NCBI RefSeq assembly: GCF_006345805.1
Contig: NC_043008.1
Span: forward strand, 9,734,001 to 9,798,000
Direction of reading: 5' to 3'
DNA: 64,000 nucleotides
Source of the DNA: Octopus sinensis
Lineage: Eukaryota
The position numbers and the translations under genes are program-made. Below, piece after piece: positions 34,783-47,550 of this stretch. Position 1 is the first letter of the stretch; every line of letters starts with the position of its first letter. The notes under the pieces were generated by a model. It saw nothing but the letters and a program-made list of their open reading frames with translations, was not told the DNA's origin and ran no database searches.

Positions 34783-36120
34783 AAGGATTTTTATGGATAA
34801 CACCATACAGAATTCTGGTGCATCTAAATTTAGTACCAAATTCATTCGAATCTAAATTTTTGCTAAACTTATATATATATATGTATATATTTATTTATGT
34901 GTGCATGTATGTATGTATACACAAGCATAGAGACAGACAGAAATAGCCATAAATGTACTGATGTGTGTCTATATACAAATGTATATATGCGTTTGAGCAT
35001 GTATGGGTATGGCTGTGCTTGTATGATATCTATTTTGAATTTTGTTTGTACGATCATTCAGCGATTGTGAGAAAGTACGTCTGAGTGTGTGCGGTTGCGT
35101 ATATGTATTTATATGTATGTATGATGTATGTATGTGTGTCTTTGCACGATTGTGCACATTTGTATGTACATACATGTGTGTATATCTGCGTATTTATGTG
35201 TTTTATATGTGTGCATGTGTGTTTCTGCGACTGTGTCTGTGTCTGTGTGTATAAGTATATATACATATGCATATATATATACATCTATATATGTATGTCT
35301 GTATATATATATGTATGTATATATACGTGTATATATATATGTATAAGTGTCTGTGTGTGTATGTGAGTGTTTATGTATGTGTATGTGGTGTCTCAGCAGA
35401 TGCCCCTACTTGCGACAAGTAAACTTTCTTCTCACCAATATAAGCAAAACCCATTTAGCAATCTATAAGTCATCACTTATTCAACTGTCTAACCCCGTTG
35501 CATCTATACAACAAAAACCCCTCCTAATACGTTATCCCACACCCTTCTTAACCAAAATGGATTATAACAACTTGAATTTTTCAAATATTTATTATCACCA
35601 CAAACCCGGAATACGAACATCGTTCATTTTATTACAGAATATGCACCACCTACGCAGCATCCCAAATATTTTGAGCTGTAACTCATACTCACTTCGGAGG
35701 TGACCTTTTCTTTTCCTTTTTGTTGATTTATCGATTTTTCAATTATCTTTAGTATCTGTATTTTGTAATGTGCTTTCTTTAAATATGTGTGTACTGTATT
35801 TTAGATATTTGCATTTATTCTTTTATATGTGTTATTAGCTTCCTTTCTTTCTACTCCAGAATTACTGAACTCCCGATGGGAGTGCGATTATCATTACCCC
35901 GCCTTACGGTGGCGGGATTCTTTACCTATGAATAGAACTCACAAGACTGTATCACCAGTTGCATGATTTCTCAGACTGCTAAATTGATGTAGATGTTCAT
36001 ACTCAGCTTTGAATAAGTACACACACACACACACCCAAGCATACACACAGACTCATATACATACATATATATATGTACATATTCATATATATATATATAT
36101 ATATATGCATATACATATGC

Positions 36121-36161
<41 letters not shown>

Positions 36162-36164
36162 CGT

Positions 36165-36219
<55 letters not shown>

Positions 36220-36331
36220 CATACATACACATATGTAAATATACATATGCATATATATGTGTGTGTATGTGTGTGTGTACCCGTATAAACTATGAAGAAA
36301 CTATCAGCTTATCGAATTTCCTCGTAATTTC

Positions 36332-36375
<44 letters not shown>

Positions 36376-36846
36376 TCCAAAAGCCTTTGTAGGTGTCAGC
36401 ATCAACATTCCCTAGTCAGAACTATTTCCCTTCTGTGCATTAAATCCCAACCGAATTCTAAATACTACGCCACAAAACTGATAGCAAAATGGCATGGCGA
36501 GATGAAATATATTGGAAATTCATGCCAAGTCATCCTGACGTAATAAGCAGCATTGAAATACAACCAGAGATCCCACATTCGTACCCCACGCAAAAAAAAC
36601 AAAAAAACACGGAAGAGCTTGTATGTAGTCTGTAGAGAAAATGGTAAACGTATTTTTATGGATTGTCAAAGAAAGTGACTCAAAACTGGAGGAAGAAGTA
36701 AAAAGGGAGAAATAATACAAGAGTCTCCTTGTTGCCAAAAACGACCATTTTCTCCACGGCAAACGGCAGTGAAAAGTGTCCTTTTTACTGGCCAAATACA
36801 TCCCAAACATATTCGAAGGGACCTCAAAGTTTATATTTATATACGA

Positions 36847-37240
36847 CTAGCAGTATCGCCCGGCGTTGCTCGGGTTTGTAAGGGAAATAACTATAAAGCA
36901 TTTTTAGAGAGTTATAGCCAAAAAATAGCAAAAAATGCATTAAAAATGGGGAAAAAATGATGGTAATTTTTTTTTTAAATCGTTGACTCATCGTAGACAT
37001 TTTTAGAGAGTTACTTCCCTTATATAATAGCGAAAAAATGCATTAAAATGGAAAAAAATGATGGTAAATTATTTTTAAAATCGTAGACTCATTGTAGACG
37101 CGCGCTAATACTCAGAAGGGCTCGATATGAATCACGACTATAAGATACCCGGTTTTGGTTAAACTGCACCGCAAAATGTGGGAGTAGTTAGGAATCTAAA
37201 TCGTAGGAGACAGACACACAACATCACTTTTATATATAAA
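36847..37240 (-). mobile_element. Non-autonomous Helitron-like element
   Basis: A|CTAG end next to hairpin GCCCGGCGTTGCTCGGGT; other end TTTTATATATA; internal duplicated AT-rich blocks. Confidence 0.7.
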
Positions 37241-37429
37241 AATATACGAACAATTTATTTGCGTTCAGATTTCAGATTCCACCGTGGTCGCTTTACTTTT
37301 CATCCTTCGGTGATAATAAGTGAGTACCAGTTAGATAATGGGGTTGATATAATCGACTAGTCTGTCCCCCAAATTTTCAAATCCTGCACCTATAGTAGAA
37401 AGTACTATGATACAACTTTCATTTTCATG

Positions 37430-38110
37430 CATCATTTGAAATTTTATCAACCCCTTACATCCTCCCTTCATTCTCTCAATTCTTCCTTCTCTGTCTCTCT
37501 ATCTTTCTCTTTCTTTCTCTCTCTCTCTCTTTATTTCTCTCTTTCTTTCTCTCTCTGTCTCTTCCCCCTCTTCCTCTCTCTCTCTCTCTCTCTCCTCTCT
37601 TTTCTTTCACTTCATCTTATTTTACGGCTTTCCACATTCCTTGCCCTTCACGGAATCTTTATTCATAGTCGTTTTCCCTTTTTATATTAAAAACCTTATT
37701 CTTCCTCCTCATTGTTCTTTCTCCTAGGGTTCACTGCCATTCTTCACCTCATGTATACCTCCCCTTCTTTTCCCTCATTTTCATACCTTTACTTCACACT
37801 GTATCCTAATTTACTGGATCTTTCTTTCCTTATTCATCTTGTCTCTCCCAATACTCCACTCTTTGTTCCACCGCATCTTCTTAGTTTTACTTTCATATCT
37901 CTCTTCCAGTCTCTCTCTCCTTCCCCCTTTCTCTCTCTCTCCTTCCCTCTCTCTCTCTCTCTCCCTCTCTCTCTCTCTCTCATTTTGTCCAGTTCCCTGC
38001 ATACCATTCTCCTACATTCTCCTAGTTCTTCGTTTACCCTCGCCTTCGCCATCCATATCTCTCCTCGATCATGCCTTCATTCTGCTTTTCCCTCCTCCTC
38101 CTCCTCCCCG
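37430..38110. repeat. Long polypyrimidine/(CT)n low-complexity tract
   Basis: Directly visible; source of the spurious 236-aa ORF. Confidence 0.9.
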
Positions 38111-38719
38111 CTCACTTCAGTCTATAAATCCCATTCTCCCTTTCACGCCCTCTGCAGTCTTCTCAGGTTTTTTTTTATACATCTCTTATTTTCTCTCCTG
38201 TCATTTGACGTTCTCATATTTTCTCTTTTGTTGCCCTGCCTTTACATCACTTGCATCACCACCAATACATCTCTGACGAGAGCCCCGTTTCTAACCCCTA
38301 TCTCATTACATCTCTTCTCTCTACGACTGTCACGCAAAAAGATGGCCAATTCGCACGCAAAAACACGTATATTTTCCAATTTCTCCATCATCGCTTACAT
38401 GACAGCCATGATAAGTGAGTGACTTTTTTTTTCAACTTTATTAAAACCGAATTCACATTACAGATTGTGTCAATTTGTGTCGAACTAACAAACGATATTT
38501 AGGTTGTCAAATATATCCAATCAGCAGCCTTGTGGTCATGACCATGTGGTGATGAGGATTGCAGAATTAACACTGACTTAATTAATTTAAATGCTGTTTA
38601 AACATTCTTTCGTGGGTTCTGTGAAATGTTTAAACTAATCACTTCGACGATCGAGTCACAGTTCTATAAATTTCTCGTGGAAGTACATTTGGAATAAATA
38701 ATAAATAACAAGGTAAGCA

Positions 38720-39120
38720 ATTGTATGGGGAGAGGTTAGTTGACTGGGTTGACCCCCGAACTTGACAGAAACTTTATAATATCAACTCCAAAAGGATGAA
38801 AGGCAAAGGTGATTTGAACTCAGAACATAAGGAGCCGGAAACTTGAGGTTAATTAATGAATGAATCATATTGTCATATGATAATGTTTCTTATTTCTTTA
38901 CTGCCCACAAGGGGCTAAACACAGAGAGGACAAACAAGGACAGACAAACGGATTAAGTCGATTATATCGACCCCAGTGCATAACTGGTGCTTATTTAATC
39001 GATCCCGAAAGGATGAAAGGTAAAGTCGACCTCGGCGGAATTTGAACTCAGAACGTAGCGGCAGACGAAATACGCACTTCGCCTGGCGTGCTAACGTTTC
39101 TGCCAGCTTGCCGCCTTATA
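38720..39120 (-). mobile_element. Family A SINE (complete 38890-39120) plus degenerate copy
   Basis: rc of AAGGCGGCAAGCTGGCAGAAACGTTAGCACGCCAGG...GGCAGTAAAGAAATAAG. Confidence 0.88.
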
Positions 39121-39199
39121 TTGTCACATGATAATGTTTCCATCTCCATGCTCGAAATATTAAATATTATCTTGTGTATAACTGGCATTCTGTCGATTA

Positions 39200-39490
39200 C
39201 GACGTGGGTTAGTTCATCTGATCAACGGACCTGCCAGCTCGTGAAATCAAAGTGCAAATGACCGAGCTTTCCACAGATACATGTACCCTTAACGTAGGTT
39301 TTAGGGCATAAAGAATGTGCAAGGCCGGTCCTTTGAAATGCAGACCACAACCCATTATTTTTGTCAGTTGAGTGGACTGGAGCAACATAAAATAAACTGC
39401 CTTGATCCAGGACACAATACCCCGCAGAGAATCGAACTCGGAACCTTACGATCAATGGCCGAATACCCTAAGCGCTAAGCCACGCGCTTT
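39200..39490 (-). mobile_element. Family C SINE
   Basis: rc of 41362-41680. Confidence 0.85.
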
Positions 39491-39848
39491 CACCTTATTT
39501 TTTATTAGTAGTGCACTGTATAACAATATACACTTTCGGGCAACGATTACCAAACCACGGTTTCAATTACTGGTTGCAGTAACTGATGCTTCCTAGGTAA
39601 AAACTTAAGTATCACAAACAATTCATTAACCTTTCTCAAGAATAGCAAATGTAAAAGAATATATTCCAAGACGTCCGCACAAAACTATTTATTTAAAGAA
39701 GCGATATTAATTGATTGACAGACTAGAATAGGATAAGTGATTCTGCAGGAACAGAAGGCAAATTCAGTCTTTGTAGAATCTGTATTATGAATACTGAGAT
39801 ACGAATGGGTTTTTTTCCCCTTTTTTTTATTGTAAGCGAAAAGAAACA

Positions 39849-39879
39849 ATGTCCTTGACCTTAGCAAACACTCAGACGG
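39849..39879 (+). CDS. Candidate initiating micro-exon MSLTLANTQT, phase 1
   Basis: aaacaATGTCC...GACGG|gtgagt (consensus donor); no other support. Confidence 0.15.
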
Positions 39880-40139
39880 GTGAGTTTGATGTGACAGATA
39901 CCTTCTCTGAAAACCTACATTAAAATAAATGCAACTTAAAAGAGAGCCGAATTTTTGCAACAAAGTGAATTCATTGCAAACATCGAAAGGTGGTGCTAAA
40001 CTATCCGGCATTAGTATAAGTAAACTAGTTCGGCGCTTTAAAGTTTCTGTCAAATACATCACCTCCCTCTAATAACCAATAAGATATGCAAATTGGTGTC
40101 ATTTTGGTGCGTGTTAATATTGGTTTCAAATTTTGGCAT

Positions 40140-40365
40140 AAGACCTATTTCTTTATTACCCACAAGGGGCTAAACATAGAGGGGACAGACAGGTATTAAG
40201 TCGATTACATCGACCCCAGTGCGTAACTGGTACTTAATTTATCGATCCCGAAAGGATGAAAGGCAAAGTCGACCTCAGCGGAATTTGAACTCACAACGTA
40301 ACGCAGACGAAATACCGCTAAGCATTTCGCCCAGCGTGCTAACGTTTCTGCCAGCTCGCCGCCCT
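40140..40365 (-). mobile_element. Complete family A SINE
   Basis: rc of GGGCGGCGAGCTGGCAGAAACGTTAGCACGCTGGG...TAATAAAGAAATAGGTC. Confidence 0.92.
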
Positions 40366-41361
40366 GGTGTGAGCTAATATGACTCCAAATATGCGGCAGA
40401 TACCGAAGAAAACCAGTCCAATATATCAGTCAAGAGATATTTCTTTCAGCTCTTTACGTTCTGGGTTCAAATCCTGCCGAGGTCAACTTCACTTTTCAAC
40501 CCTTCAAGGTCGATAAAATAAAATACCAGTCAAGTACTGGATTCGATGCAACTGAGTTATCCTCTCCTCTTCAAATTGCTAGCCTTGAACACTACAACGG
40601 GCGGCGCCCGCTCGGAGGAATGGTAGTGATCTCGGTTATTTTGCCAGAGAAACCGGATTAGCCATGTGCGTTCTTGAGACGAAGAAAGAAAACACGCTCA
40701 GGACTCGTTTTATCCCGAGAAGGGATTAAAAAGATAACAAAGAGGACAAAAATCTGGCTGCTAGTATTTGAACTCAAAGAATATCTCTTTTACATGTACA
40801 AACTAAATGCCACACAGCCTTTGGCATCGCACTCTATCTCTTCTTCAACTATATTGTCACCAAGCAACAAATAGAAGCATTAATTTAGTTGGCTATAAAT
40901 TCTGTGATATAATTGCCATTAAGGTAGGTTGAAAGCAATGCATACGGCTACCATTTACATATATATCACGACGCCATTCTTCAGAGTTTAGCACTACAGA
41001 CGACAACCGTTGCATATCGTTCTAATAATGAGCTGCTACTCTGCAACTGTTTGATTCTTAGCAATAAAGCTTTACGAATGATTATATTTCTTTATAAATA
41101 GTTGTAATTATTTTCATATCACTAATCATTGTGGCAGGGAAACGAGAAGATATGGAAAACAGGTCCTAAAATAAATTAGCTAATTCAATCATAATATTAC
41201 AACTTTCTCTCTCTCTCTCTTTTTCCTTCTTCCTCTCTCTCTCTTTCTCTCTTTCCCTCTCTCGCTCTTTCTTTGTACATATATATATATATTTATATAT
41301 GCGTGTGTGTGTGCGTGCGTGTATACCTATATACGTATATAATATTATAGTGTGCATGTGA

Positions 41362-41680
41362 GGGCGCGTGGCTTAGTGGTTAGGGCATTCGGCTCATGAT
41401 CGTAAGGTTGTGAGTTCGATTCCCGGTGACGCGTTGTGTCCTTGAGCAAGACACTTTATTTCACGTTGCTCCAGTCCACTCAGCTGGCAAAAATGAGTTG
41501 TACTTGTATTTCAAAGGGTCAGCCTTGTCACTCTCTGTGTCACGCTGATTATCCCCGAGAACTACGTTAAGGGTACACGTGTCTGTTGAATGCTCAGCCA
41601 TTTGCACGTTAATTTCACGAGCAAGCTGTTCCGTTGATCGTATCAGCTGGGACCCTCGTCGTCGTAACTGGCGGAGTCTT
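41362..41680 (+). mobile_element. Complete family C tRNA-derived SINE (CORE-like domain)
   Basis: GGCGCGTGGCTTAGTGGTTAGGG (A box), GAGTTCGATTCCC (B box), GTGTCCTTGAGCAAGACACTTTATTTCAC. Confidence 0.92.
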
Positions 41681-42169
41681 TTTTTTTTTTAATATAAATA
41701 CATAATATTATAGTGTGCATGCGTTTGTGTGTATGTGTATAGGCTGTGTTATACGAAACAATTAATGTTCATATTGTTAAATAATAATTCCATTTTAAGT
41801 ATATAAAATTAAATTTACCGCAACATAGTCGTTATTCTATCCATTACACTGGTAATGGATAGAATTATATTGGCCTGATTATATATGGCTTGATGAAGGC
41901 TTGTAGGGGAGTGGCTGGGATGTTGAGTTGCCAATCGTTAAGTCGTGGGTTCGGTTTTCAGAGCAAGCTGTTCAATGTCTTTAAGCAAGGCATTTCACTT
42001 CATGTTACTTCAGTCTACTGAAAAAATAATGAGTACCAGTGAAAGTAGATAGCTGCTAGGACCATGGGATTTAAAGTTGCGACGGACTGGTAGATGATGT
42101 ATATAACCATTTCTCTCAACCGCAAGAAGATAGTTTTTTTCTCTTTTTTTTCTTTTATTTTCGTTTTTA

Positions 42170-42530
42170 TTTTGTTTCAGTCATTTGACTGCGGTCATGC
42201 TGGAGCACCATCTTTAGTCGAATAAATCGACCCCCAGCCTATTACTTATTCTAGTGACTCTTTTGCCGAACCGCTAAGTTACGGGAGACGTAAACACACC
42301 AGCATCTGTTGTCAAGCGATAGTGGTGGGGACAAATACAGACACATACAAACATACACACACACATATATACATGCATCCATATATATATGATGGGCTTC
42401 TTTCAGTTTCCGTCTACCAAATCCTCTCACAAGACTTTGGTCGGCCCGAGGCTATAGTAGAAGACACTTGCCTGACTGAACCCAGAACCATGTAGTTAGT
42501 AGGCAAGCAACTTACCGCACAGCCACTCCA
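42170..42530 (-). mobile_element. Family B SINE
   Basis: TTGTTTCAGTCATTTGACTGCGG...CACAGCCACTCC. Confidence 0.88.
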
Positions 42531-42693
42531 TTATTATTATTATTATTATTATTATAATTATTATTATTATCATTATTATTATTATTATCATTATTATTAT
42601 TATTATCATTATTATTATCTTTTTTTTTCTTCTTTCAAATTTGCTTCCATTTCTTGCCGAGTGTCTTCCCGATGAATAATAATAATAATAATA

Positions 42694-42745
<52 letters not shown>
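42530..42745. repeat. (TTA)n/(AAT)n tract with a 55-bp non-simple insert (42620-42675)
   Basis: Insert rc CGGGAAGACACTCGGCAAGAAATGGAAGCAAATTTGAAAGAAGAAAAAAAA then TAA repeats; looks like a retroelement 3' tip (inference). Confidence 0.6.
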
Positions 42746-42746
<1 letters not shown>

Positions 42747-42870
42747 TTTGGGAATGTTAAATGTATTCTTGTTCTTATCTAAATCTATTGATTCCAACGC
42801 ATTTGATACTAACAAGATCTTTTTATAGCGTTCATTGTTTTACATGACTTTCCATCGATTGCATTATAGG

Positions 42871-42937
<67 letters not shown>

Positions 42938-43444
42938 GTGTGTGTGTGTGTGTTGTGTGGTGTGTGTGTGTGTTGTATATATGTATATACGCATGGCCTC
43001 TGCTAAAGACAATTTAAGTTTTATATTATTACTTCACTTTAAATTATTGCAACTGTTTCTAATTTGATTGAATCTTTCATTTTCTTTTTACGTCCTCTCG
43101 TATATTTGAAATGGTATTACTTCCGTTTAGTTTGACCAATGTTGCTGTGTCTGTCTATGTTTCGTTTTTATTTTCGTTAAACTCTACAAGAATCAAACGG
43201 GATTTATTTTATTCTCTTTATCCAATTTAAGTCCTTTTATATAACTTTTCTAATGAATACTGCCTGCATTTTAGTCCCTCTGAAATTCCTACATTTCTCC
43301 ATTCTTTATGTATGTGTGTGTGTTTGTGTGTCAGTGTGTGTGTGTATGTGTGTATGTGTGTATGTGTGTGTGTTTGTGTATGTTTGTGTATGTGTATGTG
43401 TGTATTTGTGTGTGTGTTTGTGTGTGTATTTGTGTATGTGTGTA

Positions 43445-43487
<43 letters not shown>

Positions 43488-43504
43488 ATAAATATATACA
43501 TACA

Positions 43505-43800
43505 TAAGTATCGGTGTTGGTGCCACGTTAAAATGCATTGGTGCTGTTGCCATGTAAAAAGCACCCAGTACTCTCTGTGAAGTCGTTGGCGGTAGGAGGG
43601 TGTCCAGCCGTAGAAACCACGCCCAAACAAGACAACGGCTTCAGGGCTTACCAGCTCCTATCAAATCGTCCAACTCATACCATTTTGGAAAGCAGACGCT
43701 AAATGGCGATGATGATGATGGTGATGATGATGATGATGACGACGACGACGATGACGATGACGATGACGACGACGATGATGATGATGATGACGACGATGGA
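43505..43800 (+). mobile_element. Retroelement 3' tail (RTE-type) ending in (GAT/GAC)n
   Basis: GGAGGGTGTCCAGCCGTAGAAACC..GTCCAAC..GGAAAGCAGACGCTAAATGGCGATGATGATG. Confidence 0.6.
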
Positions 43801-44222
43801 ACAAAAACGCAATGGAGGGCGTTAAAACGTTCGGACAGATAGACGACACAAATGCAGACAAGAGAAACAACAATTAGAAGGACAGGCAAAAAAAGACGGG
43901 TCATTCTTGGTTTTCTTTCATCAGTCAAGTCCCAGAAGTCACAACCATTTCGGGCAGTTACACTTGAGATGGTTCGATCTGGTTGCCCCACAAAAAGTTT
44001 AAACTAAGAGCATTAGACCCCTTTGTAAGAAAGCTAGCGAATGTGTACGACAACAAAAACAACAAAGCAAACAAAAAAACGGAGAATTATTATTTAATTG
44101 AATGCCACGCATCCATTTCCAAATAAGTATATATATGTATGTGTTTGTGCATGTATAGATAGACATGTAAATACATGTATATCTATACGTATGTATGTGT
44201 ATATATATATATATATAATGAA

Positions 44223-44524
44223 ATAATTTTATTCTCAAACGTAGGATAATGGTAATAATATAGCATGAACAGGATAAACTACCCATATTTTGCAGGAAAA
44301 TGTGTCGGCGGCAAGCCATGAGACTCGAACTCACATCCCTGTGATTACGTGTCGCAGTGCTTTACCTTTAAGCTAAACTGACCCAACAACAAATTCTTCT
44401 GCAAATTTAGGATATGTAAATCTCGCTTTATAAGACGCTATCGTACGTTAAATTCAAAATATGGATAGTTTATCCTGTTCATGCTGTATCATTAACATTA
44501 TCCTGCGTTTGAGAATAGAATTAT
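44223..44524. mobile_element. About 300-bp element with 70-bp TIRs enclosing a tRNA-like sequence
   Basis: 44223-44292 versus rc of 44455-44524 (ATAATT.TATTCTCAAACG.AGGATAATG...CCATATTTTG). Confidence 0.8.
44310..44382 (-). pseudogene. tRNA-like sequence (pseudo-tRNA or SINE head, nominal anticodon CGT)
   Basis: D arm GCTT/AAGC, anticodon arm CTGCGA-CACGTAA-TCACAG, T arm GTGAG-TTCGAGT-CTCAT; weak acceptor stem and A instead of U33. Confidence 0.6.
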
Positions 44525-44636
44525 TCCCTTATCTTTCAATACATCTCAACGCTTCTAAAGCAAACTTTGTTTACTTTCATCGTAATTTGAATATATATAT
44601 ATATATTGCATATGCATGTAAATATAGACAGTCAAA

Positions 44637-44669
<33 letters not shown>

Positions 44670-45503
44670 AGACTAATTGAGAATAAAAGTAGAGTCAACC
44701 TAACGAAACGTGAAATACATATTAATATCCACACCGTAAGCGATTACGCTAGAGAGTGCCTGTCACTTTCCTTTGTCAACCAGCAGTAATAAATCTTTTA
44801 TTAGTTATAAAATATTACATCGCCTCCTCCCGACCTCATTTGTTTCTCGCATAGTTTGTAAATACTGAGCGTCCAACGGAAATATTTTCTGCTCTGGTGA
44901 TTGTTTTCTGTTCAGCAATTTGCCACACGACGATTCAATGTTTATGACGAGAATTCAAAACAATAATATTAATTTCAAATACTGACACAAGACCAGCAAT
45001 TTCGGAGGAAGGGTTGAGTCGATTACATCGACCCCAGTGATCAACTGGTACTTATTTTATCGACCCCGAAAGGCTGAAAGGCACACATTCACCCAACTCT
45101 TTTAAACTAAACACTACATTTAAGCACATGCATCCTAATCCCCCAAAGAAATTTTTCCAAGAACTACTTATTGAACTCTAAAAGCATAAAGACACTACAA
45201 TGTATTAGTATACTTATCTATTAATTTTTTGTATATATGTATTATTATTTTTTTGAAAAAAAACATTAAAAATTTCTTTTTTCCCCTTCCTCAATTTAAA
45301 AAAAAAAATTTTCTCTTTCCAAATCTTGAAAATTTGCCTTGCAATAAAAGGCGATTTGATTTATTATCCTTTCCTTTTTTAATTTTTCATACACCCATTT
45401 TTATTAAAATTTACTTTCAATTTAGCATTCTGCCTTATCATAATTTTTCCTCTCCTATCATTTCTCCACGTGCGGTTAACACAACCCCACCATTTACTGA
45501 CAT

Positions 45504-45571
<68 letters not shown>

Positions 45572-47002
45572 CTAATATTTCCAAAGAAATAGAAATTCCT
45601 AAGAAACTTTTGGAAGACAAGGCGCCCTGTTATTTTTTTCTTCGAAATCGAAACAAATACTATTACTTAGAGAGTTTATGTTAAATTTCATGCTTTTAAT
45701 ATGTCGCCTTTTACCTTTTCTTAAACTTCTTTTACTTGTTTTAATCATGGGATTGTGGCCATGCTGGTGCACTGCCTTGAAAAATTTTGTCGAATGAATC
45801 GACACCGCTATTATTTTATTGGAATCTTTTAACCGAACTTTTATGGAACTATTAAACTTGTAATTCCCCAAATTAGCTCTTTGGAAGCTTATCCTCATTA
45901 TAGGGCGCTCACATATAAGTTACATATGACTATTTTTCAATTCGTTCATGGAATATAGGTCCGTGTTTATTGCTAGCTTCGATTTTATTAAACAGATCAG
46001 GGACAAATGTCCTTCCTATACAGACACCATTCGATGACAAGAATTATTGTTTTTGGTCGAATTTCACGCACCGCTGGAAGCTTAAAATATTTTGTGTTGC
46101 AGCCACAGCTTTCGGGGGTTAGATTATTCACTTGTCTAATAGCTTTTTACGTTATGTGAATTGGGCCATGAAGGGTTATGCGTCTCTAAGCCAGTGGCAC
46201 AATGCAGGAGTAAATACAATAGAATTGTTAATACATGTGTCTCTGACACGACATCAAGTATGTCCTGTGTTTAATTAGATAAAACGGCAGCAACAGAATA
46301 GATTTATTAAAGCAGTAAATTCATTACGATTGACATGAAGTTATCACACAACAAGAAAAATGGATTATCAGAAGTGCTTTAAGTTTCTAAGTGAACTAAA
46401 ATTCTAACTTTCTACTTAATCACACATAAAACACGCTAACACACAGGCACACACACCAAGATGTTTTCTAGACAGAAATCGAATGCCTGAAATTTCCATA
46501 ACAATTTTGATTCTACCCACGTCATTGCAATTCTTTTATTGAAGTTATTTTAGTTTTTATTTCCGTCTGTATTAATTATATTTTCACACACACACACACA
46601 CAAACAGAGAGACAGACATACACACACATACACACACAAGCATATACACGCATGCACACTTACACACGCGCGCTCATACACACATACATACAGATAGAGC
46701 TATGCGCACTCATCTACATATTTACAATTATGATTTATATGTCTTTGAGATAACCTACAAGCAATTATCCAAAACACATAAAGTTCAGGCCCTTAGACGG
46801 AACATTAAGCATATTCCGGTGATCGTGTTCCTGATTTTCACTCAAGAATGCGTGCTCTGTCCTCCTTTCAAAAAACAAAAAAGATTTGTTAGGGGCTCCA
46901 CATCCTCACTGATCACATGACCTTCACTGAGCATTTTACCTTAAATTAACCCTGTTCTTATTTAGGTTTTGTATATATCATTTACTATGCTTGCACGCAT
47001 AT

Positions 47003-47246
47003 TTATAAAAATTAATTACTCCTAATTAATTATAATCAATCCTTTCGTACTAAATCAAATAACAAAAATAATTTAAAAGATAAAAAGCAACCTGGTTTTC
47101 ACCGGATTGAACTCGGATCGAGTAAAATTTTTTAAATCGAACAGATTTATCAATAAAGCCTCTACACCCTAAGATTAATTTTAACCCAACATTGAGGTCG
47201 TAATCTCTCTTTTCAATATGAACTCTCAAAAACAAAATTCACGCTG
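47003..47246 (-). pseudogene. NUMT: 3' part of mitochondrial 16S rRNA (rrnL)
   Basis: CCTTTCGTACTA; CCGGATTGAACTCGGATCGAGT (16Sbr site with substitutions); TCGAACAGA; CCAACATTGAGGTCGTAA; CACGCTG, all in mitochondrial order. Confidence 0.9.
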
Positions 47247-47550
47247 CGCGCATATACATGTTTATAAATGCTTATATACTTATATATGCCATTCTGTGTT
47301 TATATGTATGCGCGCATGTGTGTGAAAATAAGCGTTCAAATAATTATACAAAATTCAGTATTGAAGGGTGCTTCAATAAAAATTATACAAATAACTGCTG
47401 ATTACATTTTTTTAAAATAGATTTATTAAGTCTTAATAACTTGTCTTTTTCTGTGAAAACTTCTATTTTAGATTTTAAATGTATTATCTAATCGAAAATG
47501 ATAGAAACGCTTGCAATTGCTACAAGTATCAGGATATATTTACGTTACAG

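Larger units (their letters stand above)
33058..35345 (+). repeat. Recent tandem duplication, unit about 1.17 kb
   Basis: CGACGGGC.. at 33058 and 34221; paired ORFs 33698/34869 and 33871/35042; differences are mostly in microsatellite length. Confidence 0.95.

Noticed and set aside
35390-35703. 118-aa ORF
   Set aside because: Starts in a TG tract, no recognisable motif; possibly old TE debris
36489-36635. ATG-initiated 48-aa ORF MAWRDEIYWKFMP..
   Set aside because: No homology recognised, no splice or promoter support
37712-38422. 236-aa ORF, the longest in the track
   Set aside because: Pyrimidine-rich low complexity lacks stop codons by composition
38464-38552. DCVNLCRTNKRYLGCQ as a PAN/apple-like exon
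   Set aside because: In-frame stop, no donor, insufficient cysteine pattern
45085-45230. Possible second NUMT (AC-rich strand bias)
   Set aside because: No mitochondrial gene motif could be identified
47003-47246. Functional rRNA gene
   Set aside because: Short fragment with substitutions at invariant sites in nuclear repeat context; treated as a NUMT
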